Source: the human T2T-CHM13v2.0 reference genome, Homo sapiens | Length of the DNA stretch: 64,000 nt | Assembly (NCBI RefSeq): GCF_009914755.1 | Contig: NC_060928.1 | Reading direction: 5' to 3' (one strand) | Part shown: positions 27,520-40,855 of the stretch, in pieces | How the letters are laid out: each line of letters begins with the position of its first letter | Position numbering within the stretch: the stretch's first letter is position 1 | Notes under the pieces: generated by a model | What the model saw: the letters and a program-made list of their open reading frames with translations, nothing else | Database searches by the model: none | What the model was told of the DNA's origin: nothing | Made by a program: the position numbers and the translations under genes

Positions 27520-27856
27520 TAATTGTTCCCTCTGCCTGAAATCCTCTTCCTGCCTGGTTCATGCTCCTTGAAGTCTGTTAAAGGTCACTTCCTCAGCCAG
27601 GCCTTCATGACAAGCCTGCTTCTGTTGTCTCCCTGACCTCCTTTCCCTTCACTCCAGATACCACCTGCTATAGTATTGGCTTTTATCATATTATTGATTC
27701 CAATTAATAATTACACATTGCTGACTTGTTTCTGTGTATACTGTTTACCGCCCCTGCTAGAAAGGCTCTGTTTCTATTCACTGAGGCATACTTAGCATCT
27801 AACACAGTGGCTGGCAGAGAGTAGAGACCACCATAAACTGGAATGAATGAATGAAT
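27520..27856 (+). mobile_element. L2 LINE 3' fragment
   Basis: Pyrimidine-rich L2-like body ending in (GAAT)n. Confidence 0.65.
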
Positions 27857-28288
27857 TCATCTTTGAGGCTCCAGCATGTTCCTTTTCCATGACACTTGAA
27901 GACTACTAAAATGTGACTCTCTTTTTTTTTTTTTTGGCTAACATAGTCACAATTCACTGTGATGTGTGTACATTTTTAAGTTCACTCCTCTAGAAAAAGA
28001 AGTGTACACTTTCTAATACTATTTCACACCCCTAGGGTTTTCAAGGTAATAGAAATAATTGTCAGTAAACTGAGCTCCTCATGAGAGATATATATAGTAC
28101 AATTTCTACTTTAAACTTCTGCCCAATGGGAGATTTTTTTGCAAAACAAAATCATTTCAAAAACCCCTCTACCCCAAAATCTGAAAGGGTCAATATGTTC
28201 TTTATCATTAAGGAGGCTTAATAAATGTCACTCTCATATTTCACAATATTAAGCCCATCTGAGTTTAAAGGATGCGGAAATTTCTTAC

Positions 28289-28749
28289 CTGGAGTCTTTT
28301 CTGACTCTTGCTTTCTCAAAGGAAAATTCAGGGGGTTTGTTCAGGTCATAGGTCCGGGTTGTTGGCTCAGCAGACACGCCAGCCTTTGCTCCCCTCCTGC
28401 TATGGAGAGAGACCAATCCAGAGGTCTTCCGGTGGACCTCAAGAGGCACTTTATCTGGAGAGGCCTGAAGCGGGCTTCCTCCCTGCATATGCACCACATC
28501 CTGCAGCTTGTTCAGCTGGATGCACTTGTTCTGGAGCTCCTCTGTGAGTTCAGCAATGGCCACAGTCTGCTTCGACAGCTGCTCCCGCAGCTCCTTCAAA
28601 TGGTACTCCCGCTCCTGGATCTCAGCATCCTTCCTCCTCAACTCTCTCTCCAGCTCTGTCACCTTGTTCCGCAGAGCATCAGTGGTGAGGTTCCCAGAGT
28701 GTCCATCTGGGTGCTTAGAATGTTTAGGTTTCACTGAACCATTTCCCAT
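28289..28749 (-). CDS. PRKG2: cGMP-dependent protein kinase II, first coding exon (aa 1-154; CDS continues in exons left of the window)
   Basis: Translation MGNGSVKPKHSKHPDGHSGNLTTDALRNKVTELERELRRKDAEIQERE...RRGAKAGVSAEPTTRTYDLNKPPEFSFEKARVRKDS is recognised as the cGKII N-terminus: Gly2 myristoylation motif, leucine-zipper coiled coil, pseudosubstrate RRGAKAGVSAEP, Ser110/114/126. Strong Kozak (aaaATGG). Acceptor cttctcag|GTCC puts the exon start at 28762; donor CAG|GTAAGA has GT at 28288-28287. 461 coding nt, phase 2. Confidence 0.97.
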
Positions 28750-28762
28750 TTTGCTCAGGGAC
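28750..28762 (-). other. PRKG2: 5' UTR part of PRKG2 first coding exon (13 nt)
   Basis: Pyrimidine tract plus CAG acceptor ending at 28763, 13 nt upstream of the ATG. Confidence 0.85.
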
Positions 28763-29957
28763 CTGAGAAGGCACAGAATTGGGAAGTATCAAGTGGAGTT
28801 TCACTTCCCAACAGTCCCCACCATTCCTCTCATTCCTATCTTGTTTCATAAATAGGAACACAGTAATCTTCATTGTTTGAAAAGCAATAAACTTCCCGAA
28901 GTTTCCAGAAAAAAAAAAAAAGCTATCTATTGATTTCTTTTTTCCCTCCATGAAGAGGAGTTGGCATTTGGGTTCATTCTTACCTGTCCCTTTGAGAGCA
29001 TAAGTATCACACCTAACATTTTTCACAAATGGTCTGAGTTACCTGCTGTTTTCTCTGGACAGTCTCTCTGAACAGCTGCCAAAAGCATCACATCAAAACT
29101 GTGATTTGGATGTCAGCATGGCAAAGATAAAATGCAAATGAGCAGCTACAACAACAGAGGCATGGAAATGTCACAACTTTCATAGCTCCCCATGCGGCAA
29201 CAGTAAGAAACCTTCCCCAGATTTAGAAAATTACACATCTGCATTTCTCAGAAGACGGAAGCAGAGTTGGTGATGGTTGATTAGCACTTTCCTCCTGCTG
29301 TATGTATCTATTAAGTTTTGCATTTCTGATAACACTCACTGCTAAAACACTTCTGAACTGTGGTCACCAACAAGAAGAGTTTTAAAATTGTTCTGCATCC
29401 TCTACTTTATGTCCAAAGTGGAGGATCTCCAAAATGTACGACCCATGCTGCAAGGCTCTATTCTTTTCCTATTAAGAATGTCCTCCTAACATTGGTGTAG
29501 TGTGGGAAGTTATGAAAATTTCAAAAATTAAAAAAATGAATATCTTCAGTTCAGGCCCCAAAGTAATCATGAATCTAGTGAGTCTCTGGATGTGGTATGC
29601 AGATCAGGGGTTATAAGGGATGATTTAGTTTATTCAGAACTTGTTTTAGTCTAATAGCTATGTATTTATTTTAACATGTATTTGAAATATAAATAACTAT
29701 CACCACAAAGTTGTGATCTCATTGTTATTATTGCTTCAGTGAAGACTAAACTAGGTATTCAGGTTTACTGAGTCAATTCGATGAAAATAAAAATAAATCA
29801 TCTGCAGATAATAAGCACACACGAGCAGACTCACAAAAGTAGAACTTGAATGTGTGAACTTTGGGAAATACTGCTCTAATTAATTATTATAATGTTTTAA
29901 GGCTTTTTAGACTACCTATTTAAACTTCATATTTTTGCACATGCAGTTTTTGACAGC

Positions 29958-30286
29958 TGATATCATTTGGCTGTGTCCCCACCCAAATCTCATCTTGAAC
30001 TGTAGCTCCCATAAATCCCCATGTTGTGGGAGGGACCCAATGGGAGCTAACTGAATCATGGGGGCGGATCTTTCCCATGCTGTTCTCGTGATAGTGAATA
30101 GGTCTCATGAGATCTGATGGTTTTATAAAGGGGAGTTTGCCTTTGCTTTTCCTTTGCCTTCCGCCATGATTATGAGGCTTCCCCAGCCATGTAGAACTGT
30201 GAGTCCATTAAACCCCTTTCCTTTACAAATTACCCAGTCTCAGGTATGTCTTTATTATAATAGCAACATGAGAACAGACTAATACA
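29958..30286 (+). mobile_element. THE1 (B/C-like) solo LTR in intron 1
   Basis: TG…CA termini (tgatatcatttggctgtgtcccc…gactaataca) with 5-bp TSD ACAGC. Confidence 0.9.
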
Positions 30287-32127
30287 ACAGCCATAACCCA
30301 AAAAGCATTATAACACTTGTAAACTAAGCTTGAATTAGTTCTGATTATCTCAAATCAGAAGAAATGAAACAGTTTTATAACCCACACATCTGCCCCTCTC
30401 GCCCTCCAAACTTCAAACTTAAATAGAAGTGAAATACTTAGAGTTTTTTCACTAGTTCTACCAGAATAACTGTGACCTCTACAACAACAAAGGCACAGAT
30501 GCAAAGATGTAACACAGCATCTAGATTTCAAACAGATGTGACCAAATAGTCAATGCAGATTGCCTACAATGGATGGTGCAAAAAACAAATGCATTTATAA
30601 AAGCAATCTTGAAACACCTACTTATTTCTCATAGAATTCAGGTTCAAAGTGGTCATTAATAAACATTAGCCTTTGGAGAATTGCCTTAATATGTTGCAGA
30701 GATGTGGCAGGTTTAACCTTTAAGTTTCTGTTGACTTGGCAGCATTTACTGATCTTATATATTATGAATGTATAAGAAGGATGAAGAGACTAGAATTCAA
30801 AGAAGTAGCCCTGGACATACTTGTACCTTGAATAAGCAATTCAGAATATGTTATATTGAAATCTGAGAATAAACCTGAATGAGATTATGAATTACAAGCA
30901 TAAGAAAGGTGCTCCAAAAAATCTGAAATTAATGTGTACACACGTTTTTAACACGCATCAGTGACCCATTTTCTAGACAGCCTTCTTGGTTCATGGAGAA
31001 GTATTCTTAGGTCAGTAGAGAAAGAAGGGAGATGTGATGGTAGGAGGAAAAGGATTTGCCTTATAAATAAAAAAGCACGCATAAAAACTTTCAAATCTAA
31101 TATTAAACTAACAACTAACTCATTTTTGTTCATGGAAAAATTGTTTACTAAGACCAAAGTATCATATACCATATCAGAGGCATATCCCATCATGGATTTG
31201 CAGTCAAATTTGACACAGAAAACAGTTTTAGCATTACAAATATGAAAAGGCTTAGAATCATTTTTGCTCTATGGATGGTATTCAAAAAATTCTGTACCAA
31301 TCCAATAATTTTACAAACTTGAAGCACAGTTAGGTAGAGGATGTTAAATTCTCCCAAAACACCAATTATCCTCTGGTTTAGTTGGAAGCTATGTAAATCT
31401 TTCAAGCTATTTAGAATTTCAAAGAGGGGTAAAATGAGAGTAACTAACTCATCTTTCAAGTCACTAATTTAAGATACGTAAGTAAGTTACTAAATGGCTC
31501 AATACTAGTCTGATTTCTTACTTAGTTCATCCATTTAAATATTGCTGTCCCTGAAGCCAAGGTTTCAAGTCTCTGGCTTCATAAAACCTAATTAGATTCA
31601 CTCTGTTTCCTGTATCAGTCACTAAGATAAGCTATTTCTCAAATATGTATTGCTAGCCACAAGGAGAAATGAACCATAGGATGTTGCTCCATCAGTCTGG
31701 CAACTGCAGGTTATTAAAATCATTCTTACAGTCAGAGGGCAGCACATGATGCAATAAGAAATGAGTCTGGAGATAAAGATCAGAATTTAACATGAGCAAT
31801 AGAGTCAGGCCAATTAGGGTTATAAAACAATCTGCTCTTTCTCAACCTTCTATATATTCCTAAAAATCTTTGAGTCTTACTTTCTCATCTACAAAAGGGA
31901 ATATATTTATATCCATCTCGTAGGGTTACTATGATTATTACGTTTGTAAAGTACCCCATATGATGCCTGGCAGGTATCAGACATGAAGTAGGTAAGCAGC
32001 TCTTATTATAGTATGTAACTAGAAACAGGCAATTAATGTCTAGGTGTGAAGAAAACCCAGAGAGGATCATTTCTGGGTAGGACAGAAGTCTAGTAAACTG
32101 GATGTCTTCCACAAGAGTCTTTTGTGG

Positions 32128-32390
32128 GTTTTTGTTTGTTTGTTTGTGACAGGGTCTCATTCTGCAGCCATGAGATGCAGTGGCCAGTGGTGCAATCACT
32201 ATAACCTGAAACTCCTGGGCTCAAGTGACCCTCTTGCCTCAGCCTTCAGAGTAGCTAGGACTACAGAGGCACACCACCATGCTTGACTGATTTTTTTTAT
32301 TTTCTTGTTGAGATGGGGTCTTGCACTATGTTGCTCAAACTGGTCTCGAAATCCTGGGCTCAAACCACCCTTCTGCCTCAGCCTCTCAAA
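32128..32390 (-). mobile_element. AluJ-like SINE
   Basis: Reverse Alu with cagggtctc and ctcctgggctcaag J-type diagnostics. Confidence 0.8.
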
Positions 32391-33464
32391 TGACAAAACT
32401 CTTTAAAGATGCACATTATTCCTTTGGGAGGTGGTGGCCGGGAGTAAGGGACTCTTACTTTGCCTGGATTCTATCTTCCATTGAGAAAAGAAGTCATTTG
32501 GAAACAAACAGCCTGGAAAACAAGTTCCCCACCAAAAGATGGAGACAAAAAAAGAATTATGAATGACACGGAGCCAGTTCATAACTACAAGGACTTAATA
32601 ATTGAAGCTCTGTAATTCCCTCATGTAGCCCCTATTTATTTTCACACACTGCAATGAAATGCTTAAAACATGGAGGCCCACCTAATTATCTTTGAAGGCA
32701 ACCAAAAACCATAGTTCACTCTGGAGGCAATACTCTTCTGCAGTTAGGTATAGGAGACAGCAATCGAATGAGTAGTGGCATTTCGCTAGAAGAGAGGAAA
32801 CTACATAAGACTACAAATTATTATATTAATGTAATCGCCATTTAGAAATTGCTGTCCACCAAGGGTAATTAGAAGAGACATAAGAAAAGCAAAAGTGACT
32901 GTGAAGGCGCTTGCAGGCGGATTAACACCTGGCAGTCAATGTGGGAGGAATTAAGCTTTGTTTTCTGTTTTTCCTCCAGCCCTATAGCAGTTTGAAACCA
33001 GAATCTTGGCTCTGGTCTAGATAATATCTATTTCTCTCTCTACCCATCTGGAGTCTGTTATAAATATACACAGACAAACACACACACACATATATAGATG
33101 TGTGTGTATAGCTACATGTATATCTGTCAATATGGGAGATGGTATGGTGCTGGCTAAGGTTATGGATCCAGAGTCCCAGTGGAAGCACTTTCATTTAGTG
33201 GTCTATATTCCCTCAGGCAAGATACTTGAGTGTCAATAATGGAAGAAAAAGATAGAAACATAGAGAGATAGACAAAACAATGCTGCCTGTCATTTACAGT
33301 TTTTAGAGGATTAAATGAGATAAATCATGATGAAAATTTAGCACAGGTATTAGCATATAGTATTTGTTTAAGAAATATTAAATATTACTATTATTATTAC
33401 ATTTAACATTATTTATCCAACAAGAGAATTTATCTTAGAGGAAAAACTTATTGAACTGAAAACA

Positions 33465-35075
33465 TGTACTAAACCAACACAATATTGAAGGAGAACTGAT
33501 ACTGTCCAACTTTAAGGCTTACTAATAAAGTAACGGTAATCAATATAGTGTTGTATTGGTGAAAAAATAGACAAGTAGATCAATGGAACAGAACAGAGAT
33601 CCCAGAGGTAGACCTAAACAGTACAGTCAACTGATCCAAAGATCAAAGAATACAAAAGAGAGCAAAGACAAGTCAATGGAGAAAGGATAGTCTTTTTAAC
33701 AAATTGTACCGGAACAACTAGGCATTAATTTTTAAAAAAATAGAATCTAGATACCGATCTTATAACTTTCACAAAAATTAGCTTAAAATGGATCACAGAC
33801 CTAGATGTAAGAAACAAAATTACAAAACCCCCAAAAGACAACATAGGAGAAATTCTAGGTGATCTTGGGTTTTGTGATGACTTTTTAGATAAAAGACCAA
33901 AAAGCCTGATTCATAGACAGAAAAAATTGACAATTTTGACTTGATTAAAATTTAAAACTTCTGCTCTGAAAAAAAAAAGAAGAAAATGAAAAAACAAGCC
34001 ATAGACTGAGAGAACGTACTTCTAAAACATATGTCTAATTCTGAACACTCAATAATAGGAAAACAAACAACCCAACTGAAAAATGGGCAAAAGATCTGAG
34101 CAGACACCTCACCAAACAAGGCACTCAGTTGATAAATAAGCATATAAAAAGAAACTCAACATCATAGGTCATTAGGGAATCTCAAATTTAAACAATAATG
34201 AGATACCACTACACACCTATTACAATGACTACAATCCAAGACACTGACAACACCAAATGCTGGTGTGAATATGGAGCAACAGGAATGCTCATTCATTGCT
34301 AGTGGGAATACAAAATGATATAGTTACATTAGGGGACAATTTGGCAGCTTCTTACAAAGCTAAATATACTCTTACTCTACAAGCCAGCAGTCATGCTTCT
34401 TGGTATCTACCCAACTGATATGAGACATATGTTTTCACTAAAATCTGCACATGAATGTTTATGGCAGCTTTGTTTATAATTCCCAAAACCTGAAAGCAAC
34501 CAAGAAGTCCCTCAGTAGGTAAACGGATAAACAAACTGTGGCACATCCATATAATAGAATATTATTCAATAATAAAAGCAATATCAGCCAACAAGAAGAC
34601 ATGAAGGAACTTTAAATGCATATTGCTGGGTGAAAGAAGCCAATCTGAAAAGCCTATACATTGTATGATTTCAACTGTATAGCATTCTGGAAAAGACAAA
34701 ACTTGGAGACCATAGAAAGATCAGTGGTTGCCAGGAGCTTGGGGAAAGACAGAAAGGAATAGGTGGGAAAGAACATTTATAGGGCAGTAAAACTATTCAA
34801 TATGATACTGTAATGATATACACATTTCATTATATATTTGTCAAAACCCATGGAATATACAAAAGGAATGAACCCCAATGTAAACTATGGACTTTAATAA
34901 TAATGCATCAATATTTGTTCCATCACTTGTAACACATGTACCATACTGATGAAAGATGTTAAGAGCAGGGGAAAGTGCTAAGAGGTGGGTATATAGGAAC
35001 TCTGTGCTTTTTACTCAATTTTTCTATAAACCTAAAATTTCTACAATATAGAAAGTCTATTAGTTTAAGAAAAGA
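33465..35075 (+). mobile_element. L1MC-like 3' portion
   Basis: Degenerate ORF2 C-terminal region and 3' UTR (atttgtcaaaaccca…aatgtaaactatggacttt). Confidence 0.8.
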
Positions 35076-36169
35076 ATTATGTATTAAGAAATGAATGCAA
35101 GAAAGCTGATAGCACAGTCAAGGGACAGGCTGAAATGTGTGATGGATGGAAGGAGAGTAATGAATAATGAAACTGAAAAAGTAAGATACTGAAAAATTTC
35201 CTACGCCACATTATGGTATCTGAATCTTAAGATACACTAAGTTCTCTAGTTATGTGGTCAGATTTGTCCTTTAGGAAAATAATATTCTCATAAATAAGGA
35301 ATGGAGTAAAAAGAGCTTAGAGGAAGTAAGACAAGGGAAGATACTATTGCACCAATCCAAATAGGAGGTGATAGTTTAAGGATTAAAGCTCAGAGTCCCA
35401 ACACTATTTAATGACTTGAACTTCTTGAACTCAAGAAAAAAATTGACCATCTCCGTGGTAGCCAGAGAGAAAAACATTGCCATATGAGATTCAATAAAAG
35501 TTACAGCTATATGTAACACTGCAATGTCCTTCCCTTCAATAAATCATGGAAACCAGAATTGATTTTTTAATGATAATGGGCAGTTCAGCTGGAAATCAGA
35601 GGAGTGAATTATACAGACTTCTACAGATAATATTCTAGGTGGATAGGAAACTGATACATTTGATGTTACCATTAGCTTGTCTCTCTAAAGTTCCTTTAGA
35701 AAATAATTGAATATATAAATCCCTGATTCTTCTCCCTGAAGCAAACCACACAGAGTTGTTGTCCTTGTGAGAAACAGCTCACTTTCACATTAATGCCACA
35801 ATTAAAAGCATCTGTCCATCCAACCTTGTGACTGTTGACCCGGGGCTCAGTTTGGAATCTACTGCTTGTTTTCTCTGTCCACAGCATCCTGGCTGGAGAA
35901 AAACTTTCTCTTGACAGGAAATCATATGACCTTGTTGTACCAAAGTTGCAGCTACTCTGGAGGTTGGTTATCTCTTTAAAGTGCCTCCCTCCCACCCCCC
36001 CAGCAGAATGTTCGCGGTGAATTTTATGAATGCCACTATCCTATATTTGACTGCCAAATTCAGCTATTTGGGGGGCTACATTAACAGATAAACAAGCAAA
36101 CACACAGAAATGTAGGTCTGTAAGTCTAGGTCAGAAGATTATAGCTGACAGAATTTTTGAGTGGTGGCA

Positions 36170-36965
36170 AGAAGAAAGACGATGAGGATTTGAAAGTTTA
36201 TACTGTGGCAACTGGGTAAAAGGTAATGTCATTGACCAAAATGAGGAGCAGATTTGAGGGATAGGACAGTGAGTTTAATTTTGGATATACTCAGTTTGAA
36301 GCACCAGTGGAAACTTTAAGTAGAGAAGTTTAGTGAGCAGTAAGAAATGAGGGACAAGAAAAGCTAAAGAAAGAGGAAAGCTGAAAATATTAAGCAGTTA
36401 TTGATACATAAATAGAGGCTGAAGTTGATGAATTGGAGGCAAGTGCCCAGGATATTAGCGATGAGGAGAGGAGAGTGTCTAGGTCTATATGAGGTTGGAA
36501 AGAAAACTGTAAGATATGGTAAGAAGGTACTGCTTTGGTTAAAGTGAGAGAGGATGTGAAGAGATTAATATTAGAAGAGGGTGAGTAGGAGGAACACTGC
36601 AGGATAGCATCTCTAATGTAGTAATTAAATGGATGTGCATGGGAGGGCAATCAAAATGATTTCAATGTTTTGATCTTAGGAGGCTTGAAGGAAAGTATTA
36701 CTATCTACTCTTCATTCATTCAGTCATTCAAAAAGAACACATAGGGCACCGTGTATGGGCTAGACACTGTGGCACTGACAGAAGTCAGGAGAATGAGCAT
36801 GCTTTGAAAAGACAGTAATGAGTCTGGATTTACATATATTGAGTTTGAGATGCTTGTGGGTCATCATGATGCAAATGTCTAGCAGGTAGAAGCAAAAAAG
36901 AAAACTCAAGGGAAGAGATTGCTCCATAGAAGACTTGAAGTACCATTTGTAGATGAGATCACTAA
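36170..36965 (-). mobile_element. L2 LINE fragments
   Basis: Purine-rich reverse L2 motifs (gagtttaattttggatatactcagtttga; gagtttgagatgcttgtgg) and cattcattca. Confidence 0.55.
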
Positions 36966-38149
36966 GGGAGGTAAGAAAGGAATGTCTCTATTGTTACCTA
37001 TGAACATATAGGTAATATCTGTGGATATTATTTGTGGGAGAAGAGGAGGAGAAGCAAACCACAAAGGAGAAGGAACACGTGTACCAATAAGAGATTTAGG
37101 AGAAGCATCAGAAAGGCCATGCAGATAAGATCCTTAAGAGGTGAGCAGGCTGTACCTCACATCCCACAGGCCTGTCACAGCAAATGAGATCAGAGAGAAA
37201 AGTGCTGAATCTGATTTGTCAAAGAGTGGGGATAGACACTCAACTACAAGGGACCATGGAAAGAGCTGACACTAAGAGTAGAGCCTGCAAGACGATATCA
37301 TGATTCATGTGAGGGATTTTTAAAATAATGAAAATTTGAAAATGTCTGTAGCTCCAGGATAATGAAGCACAGGAGATATGAAAAACGAAAACATGGGAGA
37401 AGAAGAGATAATTCATAGGAAAAATAGCCTAGAGGAAGCAAGACAATAAGGGATCACAGGACTTGGGCAACAGCCAGGCAACATATGCCTTCACTGTGAG
37501 GTGAATTCTCATTAGCCTCACTTGTAATGACTTCATAGAACTGGAGTTAAGGATTTCACGTAAAAGAGAAAGATCCCTGGGCATCATCTTTTCAGGTCGT
37601 TTATTCTTAGTCATACAGCGTTCCAACGGAGAGGATGCACTCTAATTCTCCATAGAGAATTCTCTACCATATTAGCTCATACCCTCCTGTGCAAAACTAA
37701 ACAGGAGTACTGAAAACAGCTAGTGTATGTTATGTGGGATGATCGCCTTCTTCATGAGTTAAATAGAAACTTGCAAAGAAAAGAGACAATTTCTAAGAAA
37801 CTCTAAATATGGGGGTGTGGTGGGGTGGGGGCAGGTGTATGTTGCTCTCTTCCTTAAAAAAAAAAAAAAAAAGAAGGAGAAGAAGAAGAAGGAAAAAGCC
37901 CCTGGGAACTTGGGGAACAAGATGAAGATCAGGAAATCAAGGCATTTGTCCCAGCGTCACCCTTCCTACCTACTAATTCTGCATGCGTTGCTTTTATTGT
38001 CAGCTCTGGCCTCAGCTGCTTCGTAGTTGCACCGTAGTTCTTCTCAGAACTGAACCTATTTCTTTTTTTCTCATCCCCAAAGTGGCTGGTTTCTGGGCTT
38101 TGTTTGCTCTTGTTTCTTCATCACCGAGAAATACAGAAATATGAAAGCG

Positions 38150-39420
38150 CCTCACGGTGCCCAGAGTGACAAAAGGACACCCACACAAGTTTACCAGGAC
38201 TCCTAAAAGTCCTTGCCTGAGGACTGTCCCCTAGCAACTACCCAGAGCTCGACGAAGCAAAGCCGGGAGCGCAAGCCCTGACAGCACCGCCAAGCCCCTA
38301 GCTCGGAGCAACAGCCTCCACCGCTTCTCCTCGCTAAACCTAGAGAACCCTGAGGACTCCCCACTGGGGCTGAGCCCCTCCCGCCCTCAACAGAACCTCT
38401 AAACACAAGTAGCCTTTCCCTGCCTCCAGGAGCTCACGAAACGCTGCCACACCGAGCGAATGCAACGCGTACACACGTCCACACTCGAACAGCACAAGCA
38501 AGAGACCGGCTGGGTGTGGAATAGAGGCGCACATCGCGCAACGCATTCACAGCATGCACACGCGCGCACCCCGACCCCGTCCCTCCCCGCGCGCCCTCAC
38601 ACCCCGGCGCCCAAGACCCCCGGCCCACGAACCTCACCAGACAGCCGGGTAACTTTCCAGGTGCGCAGCTTGTCACCTCGGCGCGGCCGCCCCTGCGTCT
38701 CAGCGTCCTCTCCCACGCCGCCCTCCCCAGCCGCCTGCGGCGCCGGAGCCCAGCGCAGGTCAGCTCAGCCAGCCCCGCCGTGCACACGGTGCGCAGCGTG
38801 GGCCCGGGGCTGCCGGCTCAGTCGCTCCGGCTACGTGTGAGCCGGGGGCGCGGGTTAGCGCGATGCGGGCAGGAGCTGCGGCGGCGTCGGTGCTGCCGCC
38901 TGGCTCCGCGGCGGGGGCCGGTGCAGAGGAGACACGCAGGGAGGGAGGGAAGAGAGGAGGGAAGGAGGAGGGAGGGGGTCAGCCGGGGCTACTGCCTGGA
39001 TAGTTGGGCGCCGGCTTCCCTAAAGGTGGGGTCACCCGCGCCCGCACGCACACTAGCCCGAACCTTTACTCCCGACACAGCCGCAGTCTGCACTTTATAC
39101 CCCATACCCTCCATAGTGAGGCAACTTAAGTAGGGCGATAACATCGTGGTTGTAAGCATTTTTGTTCATGTTATTATTTCTATTTCAAGTGTGTGGGACG
39201 AGGGGAGAGGAAAGTTCAGGGAGGTGTTCATTTTTTCCTTCCCCTCCCTTTCCTCCATCCTTCCAGTCTGTTTTCACTGCAGGCTCTCTCCACTTCGCCT
39301 TCCCTCCCAGAGCTCAAACAGGCGCACGTACCCTGGACATGCCCTCCTCTGTCACACCAATGCCTTTCTACGAAGACATGTGACCCCGAAGCAGCTCGTC
39401 GACGCGCCCCTCCCGGACTC
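38150..39420. promoter_or_regulatory. PRKG2: CpG island / PRKG2 promoter
   Basis: Only repeat-free GC-rich, CpG-dense segment in an AT-rich window. Contains GC boxes (ccgccc, ccccgcc), a purine/G-run tract at 38938-38978 and minus-strand TATAAA at 39094-39099. Confidence 0.9.
38638..38930 (-). other. PRKG2: Probable non-coding exon 1 of PRKG2 (TSS approximate)
   Basis: Lies in the core of the CpG island and ends at donor CTG|GTGAGG (GT at 38637-38636). No minus-strand ATG seen in 38638-38930. Implies an intron 1 of ~9.9 kb. Confidence 0.65.
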
Positions 39421-40239
39421 TGGGGCCATAACTTACATCTAGTTTGCCAGTTCACGTGATGCTGGGGGCAGGGGTTGAATCGAGTTTCGAGGGACAGAGA
39501 TTATACCTTCCGAATCTGCAGGTCTTTGGGAAGGGAGCTTTCTTGATCACCCAAGAAGATAATGCTCTCTCGTCACCTTTTGAGTACATTTTTTTTTCCT
39601 GAAGGGTGCAATATGGTTTCCTAAATATATATGTACACCCCACCGCATTATTTGCTGTGCTCTGGAGTTGTGAGATCTCCATGTGGCTTTTTCCCTTTCC
39701 TTCTGCCCCCAGAGGAATTTCACCAGCAAATTCACGGAGGACAAGGGCAGTTTCTGTGTTGAGAGATGGAAAGTATAGTGAGGGTCTATTCCTCACTGTG
39801 CATCTAGAGAATGTTACAACCAACTCTCTTGGGTTTTTAAACCACATGGTGGCAGTGGGGCTCATGTAACATTTGTATACACTGTTACATACATAAACTT
39901 ATATTAAAAATGAGGCCCATGTAAAATATGTTGAATGAGACCATTAAGTTTCAGAGGAGGAGGAATATAGTCCTGTTTGTTTTTGTGCTAACTGGAGGAA
40001 AATCGCGAAAGTACACAAAGTACCTTTTCATGAAGCTATCCCAGAGTCTGTACATTTTATAAAGACCTCAAAAAAAAAAAAATTAGAGGAGAAAGGAGTG
40101 AGGAAGAATTCCACAAGAAAAGAGAAAATAAGTAATTGTATGTCACTGTAATAATGGACTTTTAAGTTGATGGGCTGAATTTTTATTAGCGATTTAATGA
40201 CAAAAAGGAGAAAAACAGATTTTCAAAGTCTTCACTTTA

Positions 40240-40591
40240 AAAAAAAATTTCAGATTCAGGGGTACAAGTGCAGTCGCATTACACGGACATAACACATAGT
40301 GGTGAGGTCTGGGCTTTTAGCGCACCTATTACCCTAATAATGTGCACTGTACCTAATAAGTTGTAATTCCTACCTCACCCACCTCCCACCCTCCCACCTA
40401 TTGGAGTCCCCAGTGTCTGTTATTCCATTCTGGATACTCATGCCTGCCCATTGTTTAGCTGCCACTTATAAGAGATTCTGCAGTTTTTGACTTTGTTTCT
40501 GAGTAATTTCACTTAGGATAATGGCCTCTAGTTCCATCCATGTTGCTGCAAAAGATATGATTTCATTGTTTTTGTGGCTGGGTAGTATTCC

Positions 40592-40632
<41 letters not shown>

Positions 40633-40855
40633 TACCCCTGAATCAAAAAAAAATTTTCCCAGTTTTTCAGGTGATAGGTACACAGTGTATGTGTGTGTAT
40701 ACCACCATAGTGTGTGTGTATATATTTTGTATATATATATATATATATATATGTGTATATATATAATATAAAACCACATTTATAAATCCAATCACCCCTT
40801 AATGGACACGTAGGTTGACTCCATGATTTTGCTATTGTGAATAATGCTGCAAAGT
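40240..40855 (-). mobile_element. L1PB-like 3' end with embedded (TG)n and (TA)n microsatellites
   Basis: ggtgaggtctgggcttttag…cacttaggataatggcctctagttccatccatgttgctgcaaaaga. Confidence 0.8.
40594..40630. repeat. (TG)18 microsatellite
   Basis: Uninterrupted TG run. Confidence 0.95.

Noticed and set aside
28285-28288. ORF track ends PRKG2 at ...KDSR-stop
   Set aside because: The stop lies inside the GTAAG splice donor; the real CDS is spliced onward.
28225-28855. Plus-strand ORFs (170, 79 and 115 aa) over the PRKG2 exon
   Set aside because: Antisense shadows of a coiled-coil coding exon, with no independent gene signals.
38203-39459. Several Arg/Gly/Ala-rich ORFs in the CpG island
   Set aside because: Expected from stop-codon scarcity in GC-rich DNA; mostly non-ATG starts and no recognisable protein.
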